From NCBI GenBank assembly GCA_964016885.1, contig OZ024747.1, positions 372,001 to 436,000 of the forward strand: a stretch of 64,000 bases of DNA, given 5' to 3'. A program made the translations under genes and the position numbers. Of this stretch, positions 63,106 to 64,000 are shown in pieces; the first letter of the stretch is position 1; the number at the start of each line of letters is the position of its first letter. Under the pieces are notes generated by a model. It saw nothing but the letters and a program-made list of their open reading frames with translations. It searched no databases and was not told the DNA's origin. Origin of the DNA: Eledone cirrhosa (lineage: Eukaryota).

Positions 63106-63399
63106 TGTATATATATATATATAATAAATTTATATATATATATATATAATACCTTCATATATATATATATATATATATAATAAATTTAGCGAGAATCGCA
63201 TTTCGGCGGGTAGAAATTAGCGAAACGCAACTTCCGTATTGTGTAGACAAGCGCTCCATGGATATGAAGATACCAGAGCTATAAACATAAGTTAAAAAGG
63301 TCATACAAACTGAGACGATGGTTAAGAAGCCATTAACCACCAGAGCCAAAAAAGCGAACAAGCTAAACGGGTCAAACAAAATAAGATATATATATATAT

Positions 63400-63733
63400 G
63401 GATGCACATGGCTTAATGGTTAGAGAATTGGCCTTGCAGTCGAAAGATTGTGAGTTCAATTCTCAGACTGGGTGATGTGTTGTTTCTTTGAGCAAGACAC
63501 TTTATTTCACATTGCTCCAGTTTATTCAGCTGTAGAAATGAGATGATAGGACTGGGGTCCTTATCATTCCACTGCAAAGTGGTCGTGGAGGTGCCATGGC
63601 AAAAAAGCACCCAGCACTCACTGTAAATGAGGTTGGTGTTAGGAAGGGCATCCAGCTGTAGAACCAGAATCAGTTCCCATCCCACCCTTGCAAGCAGGGA
63701 AAAAGCGGACGTAAAATGAAATGATGATGATGA
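63400..63733 (+). mobile_element. tRNA/RTE-tail SINE, full length, inverted relative to its neighbour
   Basis: Same family, opposite strand. Confidence 0.92.
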
Positions 63734-64000
63734 TATATACGCAAAAGGCAAAGAGAAATAAAAAGCAAATGACAGTACAATACAGAAATATAGTATTAGT
63801 TTTACATTTGATATAGTAGTATATATATATATATCATCATTATCATCGTTGTCGTTTTACATCTGTTTTCCATGCTTGTATGTGTTGGATAGCTCTTTTC
63901 TAGCACAGCTGTCTGCCACTCATCATGGTCCTTCGTCATTTCCACTGTAGCTCTTTTCCATTAGGATTAGCACTATCCCCCATTATCAGAAACTGTATAT

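Overview
Repeat-dense, AT-rich animal genomic DNA. The repeat repertoire ((TA)n oceans, RTE LINEs with (GAT)n tails, tRNA-derived SINEs, Penelope-like elements) is typical of an octopus/cephalopod genome; the taxon is inferred, not proven. One host gene is clearly present: five phase-consistent + strand exons (51110-56693) encoding the N-terminal half of an extended-SDR NAD-dependent epimerase/dehydratase (Drosophila CG5854-like). Its first coding exon and downstream exons were not located. The rest is LINE fragments (CR1-like, RTE, R4/Dong), at least three Penelope-like (PLE, GIY-YIG) families, a DD37D/maT transposase relic, a Helitron helicase relic, Tc2-like and hAT MITEs, SINEs and several large minisatellites. 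Most striking: (1) about 18 minimal type-I hammerhead-ribozyme motifs from several families; (2) repeated fold-back insertions, including a near-perfect 2.4-kb head-to-head PLE palindrome in the gene's intron; (3) minisatellites built from transposon ends; (4) a textbook-looking recursive splice site upstream of the coding exons. Everything was read by eye; no alignments, folding or database searches were run.
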